Position numbers and translations under genes: made by a program. The notes below the pieces were generated by a model that worked only from the letters and a program-made list of their open reading frames with translations, ran no database searches and had not been told where the DNA came from. Of a DNA stretch of 64,000 bases, positions 1 to 13,260 are shown in pieces. This DNA is from Lingula anatina (taxonomy: Eukaryota; Animalia; Brachiopoda), in contig CM120644.1 of the NCBI GenBank assembly GCA_051362555.1, forward strand, positions 20,358,534 to 20,422,533, read 5' to 3'. Position 1 is the first letter of the stretch; each line of letters opens with the position of its first letter.

Positions 1-55
1 ACTATAGTGATCCGCTGTGTAATGTTTGTGATTGACGTTTGTTAAGATACTTCAT

Positions 56-1545
56 GGTATATTACCACTTCATAGGATAAGAATTACCACTTCATGATAG
101 AAGGCGATTTCATTGGTTAAAAAATAAGGACCCTTAGGAGACTTCGTAGTATATTACCACTTCATGATACATTGTATCCAAACATGTTTCAGTTCTGGTT
201 GGATGTGGAAATTAGGCGTAAAGGTCGATATGATGTTTCATTCTAGACCTTGATTTCCAGAGTGACGCGTGTATTCGAAATGGGGTGTGTGTGTGTGTGT
301 GTGGGGGGGGGGGGGGGTGAGTAACATGACTCACTCACATGATAGTGCGTATTTTATCTCGTTGGAGTTTAATGAAGCTGTTATTTTCATATGTTCTCGT
401 AGATACCTGTGAGATTAACTTCTATAAATAATGTACTTTATTTCAAGAGCTCCGGTCCAGTGGCGGAAAGCATAAAGCTAGTTTTTTGTTTTACCCATGT
501 AGTTTTGAAATTTTTCAGATTTCAGGACGTTTAAAAACTGACAATATTTGGACGTTGAATCATGGCGGGTCTAAGGCACTAGATGTATAAGACAAACGAA
601 GTGTATAAATAAACACATTGCCTGCCTTTAAACTAGGGCATAAAACTAACCATGTGTGGTTTGATTGACGGCGCAGGTTTATAGATGTGGCTAGTACACA
701 GTAGCAAGAATGTATGTCTTTCCACTGTAGGTAGAGAACTCTACTAGGCAGAGAGGGTTTAATTTTGCTCCACACTAGGTCTACATCAATATTTTTAACA
801 AGCCGTCTATTCCATTATTCGTGTTATAGAAGTATCTCTTTTGTAACTATGACATAAATGTTATGACTTGCAATTTAACAAGCTGTAAAAATAAGCTTTT
901 CTATTGATATGCAACAAATATGTTTCGAAAATATCTCGGTCGTTTAAAAAGATTGACCTCCTGGCCTATATACTTAATGAAAACGCTTAGGTCGAAAGGT
1001 CTGAAATCTGAATGATTTGAAACGGTCAACTGTCCAGATAGATGTTGGGGAGAATGAAATGCTGGGGATTCATAAAAATGGTGTAGAGCCGCATTTTGCA
1101 ACTGCAACGCATTTTGCAACCAAAGAAAATCGTGAAAACGAATTTTTCAACCGGAACGCATTTTGCAACCAGAATTTTTTCTTAGTCAATAAATAGCTAG
1201 TGAGAAGTTCTATAGAGGTAGAATTGGAATGGGGACGGGGTTGTCTCGGCTAGGTACGCTTACATTGGTCAAGCTTTCCCTGTGGTGGACAATTTATTAT
1301 ATACATGCATAATCTATTTCACATTGTTACTTCCTAAACCATCATAGTTAGGAACTTGATACGTCGGGGATTAATAAACCTATCATTATAGGGATTTGCA
1401 AAGGCTCTTCGGAATTCAATTGTGACTTAGGGTGTGGTCGACCCTGGGGGTGGTCTATTCTAATTTTTACATCGTATTTTATGCTAGGAGCATGAAACGT
1501 GGCTACATACTATTTTGAATGTGGAAGGGCACTTCGGGTTTTTTT

Positions 1546-1578
<33 letters not shown>

Positions 1579-3936
1579 CTGGGGGCGGTTGAGTCTAATT
1601 GACATTGTTATTCCTGCTATATCTATCCCGAGACCAATTAAGCTGGGAACGTACGGCTATGGGGATTGAAAAATCTGTCTTTGGGGATGTGTATGGGTCC
1701 TTCTGGGTTTTTGTGACATTGGGTGTGGCCGTCCCTGGGGAGGTTGATTTTAAATTTTACATCGTTATTCGTGCTTCTACCCTTACGCCATTACAGTTGG
1801 GAACATGAAACCTTCCGGGCTGATAAGCTTACCATTGAGGATATGCATAGGTTTCCGAGAATGTTAGTATGATATTTCAGGTGTGGCTATCCCGGGGGGT
1901 GGTTGATTCTATTTTTCACAACTTTATTTCTGTCATCTATACCCTTAAATTTTAAGGAACATGAAACGGAGATTGATGAACCTGTCATTTTAATGAATGT
2001 GCATGGGTCCTTGAGAAATGTAGAGAACAGCAGAAGCACATACAGAACTAAATGGGCTTCCAGCCATATGCATAAATATAGGTCAGGGAATCCAATTAAA
2101 AACAAATTCAAGGCACCACACACTCGATCAGGAATCCTAGCGTTTAACTGCTGTTGTGTCTTAACACAAAACAAAAATGTTTATTTCCCAAGAGCAGTAA
2201 TTAACATGTGTGTTTTATGTTAAAGAACAATGGGACTTGGACCCTAGGATTCCTGAGAGTATGGGGTCTTGAATGGGTTTTAATTAACTTGACCTATATT
2301 CAAGAATACGACTGAAGGTCTGTTATTTAGTACTGTCTGCTGCTTTCTGTACATTTCCCCTTCCTTCCTAACTCGAAGACCGCCATCAGATTCACACATA
2401 CAGGGTAGGATGTAGTACTAGCTGGGTCGGTCCAACTCTGCAAGGAATCTTAATTGCAATCTATGGAATCAGCTTCATTGCCTGACAAACCACTAATCAC
2501 TCCAACCCCTAGGGACGGCCACACCCCAAGTCACACTAATGTAAGCCCACCCATGCACCAAAGACTCATGTTCCTAATTCGAATGGTCTAGGGGGAGATG
2601 AAATAAATTACGGTAATATATATGTGTAGCATCCCCAGGGACAGCCACACCCCAGGTCACAAAAAAAAAAAAAAAAAAAAATACCTGCCTATGCACACCC
2701 CGACATTTTAGTTTCCTCAACCTAAAGACCTAGCAGAAAATACAATTTAAAGATAATAATCAACCACCCCTAGGTCACCAAAGTCACCAAAAATCCGAAG
2801 GACACGTGCACATCCCTAATGACAAGTTTAAATATCCCCAACGTCTCATGTTCCTCACTTTAATGGATAGAGGATACCAGTAACAACGATATAAAAAAAC
2901 ATATACCCCCCCCCCCCCAAAGGACTGCAAAGTGCCACTACTAAAGGTCTACGGGTAGATAGCAGAAATTACGATGTAAAAATTACAAGCAACCACAATT
3001 CTGAATAAATATCAATCTACAAGCCTGTTGATCTCGCAGATCAACTACGTTAATTAGGCTGCTAAACAACAAGTAGGCCTACCCCCCCCCCCCCCCCCCC
3101 TCCGAACGCCTTATTAACAGGTTTCCAAATGCAGACTGTGCCGCAGATAATACTTCCGGGTCAAATGAGAGCCAGCCAAGGGCACATTTCGGGGACACCA
3201 TTGATCACACCATGATGGACATTCACAGGTGTAGGACCAGAACAGAGCATCTCGGAAACCAAGGGACAGACGTAAATCATTACACTTGCGCGTGTCTTAC
3301 CTCATGGAAAATTTAGGCTTTTCAGAGTGGGATGCGACTTGATCAAGATAATTGTAGAGTACATTTATATACACGACCTTCTCTGCTTCTTTTTTGTTAT
3401 CTATTCATTTATCTTTAATAATTGATCCCTATTTGTTTATTTATCCATCTTATAATCCAGTAACCTACGCGTAAATTATGTTTTCATAGCCTGGTTTACC
3501 TGATCCAGTAGTTTTATGTATCAAGCGGATCTGGGAGGGAAGTTCCCAGGGGGTCTGGACCCCCTATTTCTTCAACGCTGATCATAATCTCCCATAATGT
3601 ACTGATTTTTAGAAATACTGGACCCTCACCTACATACGCCTGTGTATTTTAAAATTACTCAAAACATGCATCCAGTACTACTAAAGAAACCCTATTCAGT
3701 CATACAAGTGAATTAAAACGTACAGTTTACCTATTTTGGATAATATTTACAGTACAAAAACATTATATTTCAAAAACGTTCTCTCTCATAACGTTGGGCC
3801 AACAACAGGTTCTTTTTCACCATTATCCCATGAAGTCGCAGGCAATATCTTATGTGGAGATGAAGTCGCAATTTATCCTATGAAGTCGATTTGACAGTAA
3901 AATCAGAGCATTTATCCCATGAAGTGGTAATATACC
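56..3936. mobile_element. Non-autonomous DNA transposon with structured terminal inverted repeats (superfamily undetermined)
   Basis: Left end GGTATATTACCACTTCATAGGATAA (56-80) matches the reverse complement of the right end TTATCCCATGAAGTGGTAATATACC (to 3936) at 24/25. The (C/G)ACTTCAT/ATGAAGT(G/C) motif is reiterated subterminally at both ends (56-170; 3820-3936). Flanked by AT on both sides (possible 2-bp TSD). No transposase ORF seen. Confidence 0.75.
1400..3000. repeat. Large diverged palindrome (foldback) centred near 2190, arms built of ~145-bp GGTGTGGCCGTCCCTGGGG-type repeats
   Basis: Mirror pairs: GAAATGTAGAGAACAGCAG (~2014) / CTGCTGCTTTCTGTACATTTC (~2337); AATATAGGTCA / TGACCTATATT; TCAGGAATCCTAG / CTAGGATTCCTGA; GGGTGTGGCCGTCCCT (~1721) / AGGGACGGCCACACCC (~2511); TTTTTACATCGTA (~1463) / TACGATGTAAAAA (~2970). 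Confidence 0.7.
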
Positions 3937-4043
3937 ATGGCCAATCAAAGTCGTGTGCACTTGACAGCTTCCATCAAACTGTATGAATTGGATAATTGGC
4001 TGTCAATCACAAAAGATATTATAACCTAAGGGCAAAAAACGAA

Positions 4044-4044
<1 letters not shown>

Positions 4045-4091
<47 letters not shown>
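4045..4091. repeat. (TA)n microsatellite
   Basis: Directly visible TA run. Confidence 0.95.
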
Positions 4092-4095
<4 letters not shown>

Positions 4096-4646
4096 AGCTC
4101 TCTAGGTAAACCTCTCAATAAATTCACGCTGTCATAGAAATGGGCCGCGATAGATAAACTTCCCAGTACGTCGGCGTGTAGATCCACTAACTCGTACCTA
4201 AGATCTAATAAACGGATATGGTATATTAGATCTTAGCTCGTACCAACTTCCTGCTCATAAAGCAAAATCTGACTTGTGACTAAATGAGCTTTCACATAAT
4301 GCCAATGAACCTTGGTCACCCGATCGGTAGTGATGGACCACCGTACCTGACGACATCTTTTTTTGTTCACCTCCGTATGTCATCTAGTCCAGTCAGGGTC
4401 AGACAGGTTAGTGACCTAAGCCACCCCCAGTCACCCACTTGGCTTGGTAAACGAGATGTCTGCTGGTATGGAGATCCGTTGTGTAATGTCTATAAAACGC
4501 TTAATAAACTTTTTAAAACATATTTATGTGAAGACTACGTAAGTTCGTCAAACTATTTGGATTGTTTATAAAGGGAAAAATGCTGCAATATTGTCAGTAA
4601 ACACTTGTATCAGCCACACCCATCAATTGATCTTTGAAAAAATCTC

Positions 4647-4651
4647 AAAAA

Positions 4652-4701
<50 letters not shown>

Positions 4702-4705
4702 CACA
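4647..4705. repeat. poly(A)+(CA)n microsatellite
   Basis: Directly visible. Confidence 0.95.
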
Positions 4706-4832
4706 ACTGAAAAACTTTGAGATGGGCCCTATGCGGGACCCCTGCCTGTGTTATAAGACTGAGGCATGGCTACTGTTTCATGTTAATGCTTACTTTATTG
4801 TAGTTGATCATTTATAACATACACCACGCAGC

Positions 4833-4875
<43 letters not shown>
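4833..4875. repeat. (AAT)n microsatellite
   Basis: Directly visible. Confidence 0.95.
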
Positions 4876-5668
4876 GAAACATAACAAATAATAAGCATTA
4901 TCATATTTTATTTTATTTTTATTTTATCATATTTTAGTTAAAAAACAGGTTACAAATAAAGAAAAAGGACCCATCATCAAATTAGCTCTAAGACCCCATT
5001 CCCACAGATTTTAGATCGATCTATCCCCGTGGGAGTCTTACTAGATTACTGTCAGCTAAGCCGGCTTAAATATCTGTCCCGCCTACTAAAAGCTGTAAGG
5101 GGGTAATTAACTGTCGTGCGCGCTCGGCTGACTGCAATTTAGCGTGAACCCCCAGGTAGTTAGGTCGATCCGGATGGATCAATCTGAATCTCTGGGAATG
5201 CACTCTTAATGTCATCTTTAAGCCTCGGTCACAGCTTAAAGTACGGGCTCTTACGGGCTGTTTGCGTCCAAATTTTACGCAGAATCTCACGTCCCACGCA
5301 GGTCCTTCTTACAGAATTTCGAGTTCGTAAGCACGTACGGAGGATGTTGGTCATGTCCAATAGATTTTACGAATAGCCTGCGAACAGCAAAACCAAACAA
5401 TTATTTTATCACTGTATTCTATATTAATATGATATGTGAAATTATCTTCGTCCCCTATTTTATCTTTGCCGAGCCAATGGAGTGGATACTTGCTTGGAGA
5501 CAAAAATGCCCACACCCCACCCCACTCTCCTTAGCCAAATCCACGCCCAACTAGGGTCAAATGCCTGCATATACTTATATTATGTTTTTGTTTGTATCTC
5601 TGTCTGTTGATGAGTGTGTGACGCTTGGGTATCGCCCTGGGTTTCCAATAACTGATACAACAACTTAA

Positions 5669-5836
5669 CAGGGGCGGATCCAGCGAAATTTTCTGACAGT
5701 CTTCCAAATTATCTTTGTTGATTCGTCCTCCATTTTTGACCGTCTTCCGACAGAAAAAATTGGACACCCGTCAATGTAAACTTGAAAATCTGACCGTCTT
5801 CCAGAAGACCCAGAAGACGACCTAAATCCGCCCCTG
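5669..5836. mobile_element. Small MITE (CAGGGGCGGATC-type termini)
   Basis: Starts CAGGGGCGGAT, ends ATCCGCCCCTG (11-bp perfect inverted termini); internal GACMGTCTTCC repeats. Confidence 0.7.
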
Positions 5837-6240
5837 AGTCTTATGTGTTTTTAAGTGTGTTGTATTTATTTTACAGAATTATGAGAGTGGGAGTAAATAT
5901 GGAGCAAACGTTTTTTTTTTTTATTGTTTTAGACTGAGTCTTTGTTTACAGAAAAAAGAAAAGAATAAAAGCTTTCCTTGACGGGGGTCGTAAGTGGCCC
6001 GTTTCGTTAGTGTCCGATTTATGGAAACCGATAGTTTCAATGGGAAACATTAATGTGTGGTAAGTGTTTTATTGGTATTTAAGTGCTATGTGTATACTGT
6101 TGATATTTGAAATTAAATGATAATGAAAGGAAAAAATTGAACATTAACTTGCTAAGAAAACGATATTTTTTACCTCCAGATGAATTTTTTGGATATTTAT
6201 ATATTTTGGTGTTCTCAAGTTGTTGTCTCCTTTTTTATTG

Positions 6241-6409
6241 CAGGCCCGTAGCCAGCAATTTCAAATTTCAATTTTTTTTAAAAAAAAACCTCAACCTTTT
6301 ACCATAAAACATCCGTGTACCTAGATCAATTTTACTCAGAGCGGACCTTTTTCCGGCAAAAAAGGGCGGTCCGTTCGATCCCCAAGACACCTCTCCGACT
6401 ACGAGCCTG
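6241..6409. mobile_element. Small MITE (CAGGCCCGTAGCC-type termini)
   Basis: CAGGCCCGTAGCC ... GACTACGAGCCTG, imperfect inverted termini (11/13). Confidence 0.6.
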
Positions 6410-9400
6410 TAATTAAGAATCCAATGAACATTTTAAATGCATTTTTGCCTTAAAATAAATATGTAATAAAATATATTATAGTAAAGTCTGCAGGTCAAAC
6501 GTGTCAAAAATTACTCAGTGGACCATGTATGGACAACCAGTGACCTACATAATGGCGTGACATTTTGGGGAGGGTAAGGGTCTGAGATTTTGTTCTTCTG
6601 GTAAATTTCAAAATATTTTAAATACCAATGCGTCTTGTGTATCTTTTTATTGATGAATGGTAAATAAAGGTTCACCTGCCAGCTATTGATGTGAATTTAA
6701 GAGAAAAAGCCCCCGTTCATTATGCCCTCTCCCCTTTGAATCTAGTGGACCATACCTCAAGAAAGAGATGTCATGCACTTCTTCAGTTCTGAGTGACCAG
6801 GGACTGGACATGAAGCAGTCAAGAAACTAAGTATACGAATGTTTAAATTTCAATCGATTCAGAGCAACGTTTGAAGAATTTTAATCTTGACATTTTATTA
6901 TAACTTATTTGTGATGCATCTTTGAAGTTTTAAACAATTGTGTGTTTAAAAGTGGTTAGGCCATTCCCCAATATTTTCCCCATCAAACATTTCTCCTCAT
7001 TCATAACTTCATCTGTGCATGACCCAAGAAAATGAAAAATGCAACTGTGCTTTTTGTGAACTATCTTAAACTTCGTTTATAGAAATAACTGAAGCCAAAA
7101 TGTGTACTTGTGAAATAGCCAAGAAGGGAAAGGAGGGGGGGATGCTATGGAGTGACCCGTGAAAAATCCTAGTTATTGTGTCACATATATCACTGTATTC
7201 AATACAAACATAGAGACAAAAGCATACCAACATGTATGTTTGGGATCTTGTATCTCAAAACTACCGGATTAAAGCTCGACTTAAGTTATCCAAAAAGTTA
7301 TAACTTCTTGAGTTATCACATGCAATAACAGGTAGTTCATGAAGATGATGCCACATATGTAAAAAAAACAGGTATTGGTATGATAAAGCCACAATTCTAT
7401 TGTTAAAAGATTTGCCAGCGTGAAGATAAGTTGTTTGACTTGATTAACTGGAATGAATGATGCTTCTCGTGCATTTTGTAAACGTTTTTAACAAGCACCG
7501 ATCAAGTTCATTTCATTTCACCCCACTTGACTTCACTCTACTTTACTTTACATTTTATTTCAATTTATTTATTTATAATTTTCTTTAATAAGGATATTTC
7601 CCCATAAACCGAAAGAATCTGTGAAACCATTACACCGGTTTTTGACATTCTGTGCACAACCGTGACATGTAATCCAGTCATTGAAACATCAATCAAATTG
7701 AATGTACCAAATTCTGAGCACCCGGGTTTTTACTTTTGTTATAATGCATATATATCCAAAATGAATATTTTCTAAACTTTACTTTTATCTCTATGTTTAG
7801 CACATTAGATGTTATATACTCGAAGGGAACAATTTAAGCAATTGTTCAAGTCGTTAAAATGAGTGAGTCTGGTGAAATCTGGTGGATCACCAGATCAGGG
7901 AATTATATCCGATACAATTCCCTGACCAGATCAACCCTTCGAAGCATACGGGACGTTTAATTTATTTACTACTTGCTATATATTTCCATTGATGACCATT
8001 ATGTGTATTACGCTGCTCATTCAAAAGGCTTTTTTCAAAGATCTTTGCATGTGGTATTTAATCAATATAACATGAGGATTTTTTTACAGATGAAATCCTG
8101 AATATTCAAAACGCTTCACATGTTTTAGCGCGTGGTAACCAGTTATAGACCTGGCTGTATTGCGATAATCCTCCTGTATGCCTTGAAGCAGGTCCAACAC
8201 AATCATAACTTCACGTGTGCCGTACTGGCATGTGGAAAAGAGTAGGCCTACTATGTGCAGCAAAGCAGCTAGTGGTGACCTGACATTTAGTTATAGATAA
8301 ATAATTAGAATATTCCAAAGTAAGAATTTTCCAGCAATTTCCCCCTAATTGCCAATGTATACCCTATCTAAACTGGTGAGAAAATTGTGATCTTTAAGTC
8401 CTTTTTATGAATTATTCTAATGATTAGAATATCTAATTGTAATCCACATGAGTGAAAATCACCATTTTCTAATTCCTTAAGATAGTGACTTAGCAACTAG
8501 AAACCTAAAACTCTCAACTGGTAAATGACTCGTGTTTCTATAAGTGATGTTGTTTTGAATATTGTGTTCTGTTGTGATAAATGAGAACATGTTGAAATAT
8601 CTACGAGTTTGAAATGTTTGCTATGTTAAGGTCAAATGCTTAGATGTTTGATTTAAGACAGGAAAAACTGTATATAACAGGTGTCTTATAAGCCCGATGG
8701 GCTGGTTGTTCTGTATACACATGACACGTTATTAAATGATGATGATTATACTGTATATTTAACGTTTGTTTTCAATTAATACTCGGATAAGAAAGGAGGT
8801 AAATAATCTTTTGGAAATTAAAATTTTAACTACCGGCAATCAATTTTCTTGTTTTTCCAGTGAAGTGATGAGTAAATCCAGACTTCGGTTACCATTTGAA
8901 ATCATTTTATCGAGAAGCTAATCTGGATCTGAATATATATGAGTGCACCAGTATTGCCCAGCACATATTGCCCAGCACAGGATGGAAATTAAACTTCTAC
9001 CAGGTTTTGGAACATTGTGTATGTATTTCATTTTTTCAACAGGATTGTTGTCTGATGACGAAAAATTGATAAAGACTGAGAAGCATTGTTTGGTTACAAA
9101 AAGGATTCCTGTTTAGAATCATCATGATCGGATTATTCTTATCAAAGTAGCTTTTTATAGCATGTATGTTTTTGTTTTAAATTTGCTAAGTAACTCTGTG
9201 TGTTTATAAGGTAGAAAGGCAGGTTCTTTTCGAATATTAGCATGATCAGATTTTTTTTGATAAATATTGTAGCATTTTTTGTTTATTTGCCAGTTAAGCT
9301 GAAGTAGAATGTTTAATACTTGAATATAACTTACATTTGTAACATTATTTTGTTGAACGAATCTTGGTTTTGTGTAAAGAAGAAGAGGCATTTTATGTTA

Positions 9401-9891
9401 TTGAAAGTTGTCTTATTTTCTAAATGTTATTGTTCTCTTACCAGCATATTTTATATTATCAACCAGATGATGCAGACTATCATTAACACGTTTATTTTCT
9501 TGCATTTAGATCGATAAGTATTACAAAAGTTTCACATCATTTGTTATAGACGATTTTTCTTTATGGAAAATGGATGTAGGGAACTTGAGGATATGTCCCT
9601 TGGATTTTAAGTCACATTTGATAACTGTACATGTTGCATGTTTTTTAAATTATATATACGTATATAGAGAGATATTGTTAAGGAAATTTTGAAATCCTTT
9701 ATTTTCCATTCTAATTTGACGCTTATAAAATTCATTTGATGACGTCACTTGCTGGCGACTTTGATAATTTTGGCAAAACATAGCGAACTGCATGTTTCTT
9801 CTCAACGACACGTACCACACTTAAAACGCTCGCTAATTTAAAAAAGACAGTGGACTTTTCATCTTTCCTTATGGTTATAAAAAGACAAAAA

Positions 9892-10009
9892 CACTGGCAG
9901 ATTTAGGATTTTTAAGGAGGTCAAATGTTGACATTTTGAGCAATTTGACTATGCGAGCCGAGAATGGGTTTCTCTTCCTCCGGGGAGAGGAGCACTAGAT
10001 CCGCCACTG
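9892..10009. mobile_element. Small degenerate MITE (CAGTGGCGGATCT-type termini)
   Basis: CACTGGCAGATTTAG ... CTAGATCCGCCACTG imperfect inverted termini; same general family as 5669-5836 and the partial end at ~21290-21390. Confidence 0.55.
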
Positions 10010-10324
10010 TTTTTTTTTTTTAATTGAAGAAATTGAAATACTTCGTTTAGTATAAATAAGATAAACATAAGGCAAGTAGTTGTTAATAGTTTATTAGTCA
10101 AATAAAAAAGTAGCATTTTGTATCTTTTACACGTTCGAATAATGCAGATATAAATAATTTCGCTCTACGTAGTTGATCCTTGTGATGACGAAAATAATAT
10201 TAAAAGACAATGTAGTTCAAAGGGAGATACTTTAGAAATACATGAATACATTATGTGAATTTGTTTTGCTCTCAATAAAAAAAAAACTTCTCAAATATAT
10301 GCAAAATGGCTTTGTATTTGCCTT

Positions 10325-10700
10325 GACCGTATCGCGGCTCAGTGGTTAAGTCTGAGCTTGGGGGTTCGATTCTTGGCTCGGGTACTTGGAAATAAAGATG
10401 AGAGACTTTCTTTTTTTTTCTTTTGCTTACTATAAGAAGAAAGTCTACCCGGGGAGGGTGGGTGGGAACACTTAGAGGAGTAGGTAACGCGCTTGCCTCT
10501 GAGACGGAAGGTCTCAAGTTCGAAACCTGGCGCTCCTGGGTCCTAGCAAATTACCTTTTGGGGAAAAAAATCCAAATAAGCAATTTAAATAAGAACTATG
10601 TGAACGTGTGAAAGCAAGCTGAGGCGACGGCTCAGTGGGTAAGACGACAATACTTTCTGCTAACCAGGCAGCAAGCCAAGGGTTCGAGTCTAAGTGAAGA
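10325..10700 (+). other. Three tandem degenerate tRNA-like Pol III promoter heads (SINE heads or tRNA pseudogenes)
   Basis: A/B box pairs: GGCTCAGTGG(10336)/GGTTCGATTC(10363); TAGAGGAGTAGG(10473)/AGTTCGAAACC(10517); GGCTCAGTGG(10629)/GGTTCGAGTC(10681). Stems do not close into full cloverleafs. Confidence 0.6.
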
Positions 10701-12454
10701 AAATAATGCTTAGGCAGTCTTGAGTATAAATTTTGAAAAATACACGTCATTTTTGTCCAAACTAATACTAGCAAATGTTAAAATAATTGAATATAACTTT
10801 CACTCTACAAAAAAGTGTTTTTCGAAACAATATCGCATTCGGAAATATTTATCAAACTCATGTATAATTTTGTAATTTTGTTTTCTTTTCATCAAATCCT
10901 AAATCAATCATCAATGGCACATTTTGAGTGAACAGTTTTGTCGTGCGAATCAAAAGCAGCAGGGAGACATGATTCGTTAACAACCTTATCCCAGTAATAG
11001 CCATCTTTATGAATGATATGCAAACAAACTAAAAAGTTTACACAAAATCAGTGATCTCAAAATAACTCTTAATATTCATTCAGCAAAAGCTTATAAACTC
11101 AACAGTGGTCTACGTGTTCAGTGATCAAGCAACGCTTAGCAAAAAATAACCCAACAGGACTGGCATTTAATGACCACGGCTAAAAATTGAATAGAGAAAG
11201 GAATAGCAACAAAATCAACCTTAAATAGAACACCAACAGGTTTGTGAATATTTAAATTTCTGTTTTATTATTACTTTAACTACCATTATTTATTTGCCAA
11301 TGTCCTGTTGAATTTTCCCTTTTTTGCCAGCTGGATAGGACTAATTGTGTACAAAACTTCATTTGGATAATTGGGAATACCCATTACACTTTGCAACAGC
11401 CAATGTAATCAGTATGAATTTGAAGAGCATTTTTCGAATTTTTAAAAAGTTAAAAGATTATGATACCTTTAAATGGACAAAAGCAATCAAAATAAAATCA
11501 TTTTCTTGGATGCACTGGTTTTTTTTGGTGAAGACATTACATTTCTGCTATGTGACATTAGCAAAAAGTCGCAAAGAGCACAGCTGTGGACACTGCTAGG
11601 AAGTGTTGGTTGTCCAATTACAAACATTTTTCTCACTGCCTTCCTAATGTAATAAGAAATACATATTAAAAAAATATATATCCACCCTACCTCTGGTTTG
11701 ATATTCGTAAAACAAACATATTGGCCCCCTCTCTATACTGAAGCTATACATGTAGGTCCGACACTAATTAGACACACATATTAATACACCGAGAACCAAA
11801 GTTAGCATATTCCAAGGTTGCGTCACGCCGCAAAATAACAATATTAGGAAGAGCATTTCAATATGTGTGGACAATTCCGCAGTAACGCCTGCATATTTTG
11901 CAGTTTTACAATGCATTTATTTCTGATGTGGCATAATTTAGGTCAGTTTTCAATTATCATCTCGTTCATCCCTCAACTTCAACTGAACACAAAATATATG
12001 TATACCGAAAATGTTTTTTGTATGTATTTTCGTCTTGGAGTTGCGACAAAGTTTCCTTCCAACAGTGACACTTATAAAATTTGAATATTTGTATTCTAAT
12101 TAAGATTAACAATCAATCATTTTCTTAAGGATTCTTACTAAATATTTGTCCGCACATATCATTTTATAAACAAACAGAAACCCGGTCGTACTAGCACATT
12201 GCTTTACCTAGACATGACTTGGTGACAATTTTATTACAATCAATTGATCAGTTTCGATAATTTTGTAACGATCACTTAATCATTTTGGTTTCCATTCATC
12301 CTTTAACCGAGGCACTTTTTTCATCGACATCAGTTCTGTTTGAGGGGTACTTCAAAAGTGTCGTTTCAGGTTCAAGACCTGATATCTAAAAAAGAAATCT
12401 AACGAATTACAATAAAAACCATCGTGGACAGATGAGTACTGTACTACGACTCAG

Positions 12455-12460
<6 letters not shown>

Positions 12461-12522
<62 letters not shown>
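12461..12522. repeat. (AT)n microsatellite
   Basis: Directly visible. Confidence 0.95.
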
Positions 12523-12526
<4 letters not shown>

Positions 12527-13076
12527 AGACCAGCAACATATATAGGGTTGGCGCTTGGACTTAGTCCATTCTATCATATCAACAGATCAAAGGTTTTATG
12601 AATAAAACGTTCGTTACGTGCGATTTTTGGGCTGATACACGTATTATTACATTCCGAAGCAAAGATTACATTTCGTAACAACCTAATAATCAACCCTGCA
12701 AATTAAGACAAACTTCGACAAGCGAAACGATCTCGACAAGGGCGCAGGTGCTGTCAAACACTAAACTCATGTCTTTGATGGAAGACGCATCCAGTAAGTA
12801 GTAGTTAGGAGCTGAAAATAAAAGAAATTCACATTAACGGGACGATGCAAAAGTTTTTGGTTAAATAGCATACATATAATCGTTACAAAAATACAATTTA
12901 GTTATTTTATACATGACAATATAGCAGACTCAAGGTAGATTTCTTAGACTATAAGGTGTATCCCTCCATGAGTAAAACGGTATGCCTGAAGTGGGAAATG
13001 TACCATTTTGGGGAATATTCGTCAACGCTAAATACGCGGAGTTATCAGAATCTTATATCGTCAATACAGTACTTAC

Positions 13077-13260
13077 GTGTGAATGTACAACAAACTGCTG
13101 CAGTTTTCATTGCCAAAGTCTCGTTCTTCATGCAGAAATTGTAGCAGTGTGGTACATGAGGCTACTTTTTTCTCCATCTTCCCCTGACCTTGGTCATTTC
13201 TGAGCACCTCTCGCCTGGATTAGATAACAGTAAACAGTTGACCACCTGCCGTACGGAAGC
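13077..13260 (-). other. Candidate first exon of a minus-strand gene
   Basis: Consensus donor CAC|GTAAGT at 13077/13076; TATA-like TATATAAA at ~13291-13298; ATG-initiated frames open into the donor (MEKKVASC...YIHT, or MKNETLAMKTAAVCCTFT). No downstream exons identified. Confidence 0.3.

Noticed and set aside
8089-9150. Several plus-strand polypyrimidine-AG acceptor-like sites (8089, 8860, 9042)
   Set aside because: No consistent donors or reading frame could be linked; such sites are common in AT-rich DNA.
10325-10700. Functional tRNA genes
   Set aside because: Acceptor and anticodon stems do not pair properly, and A-B spacing is abnormal in two of the three.
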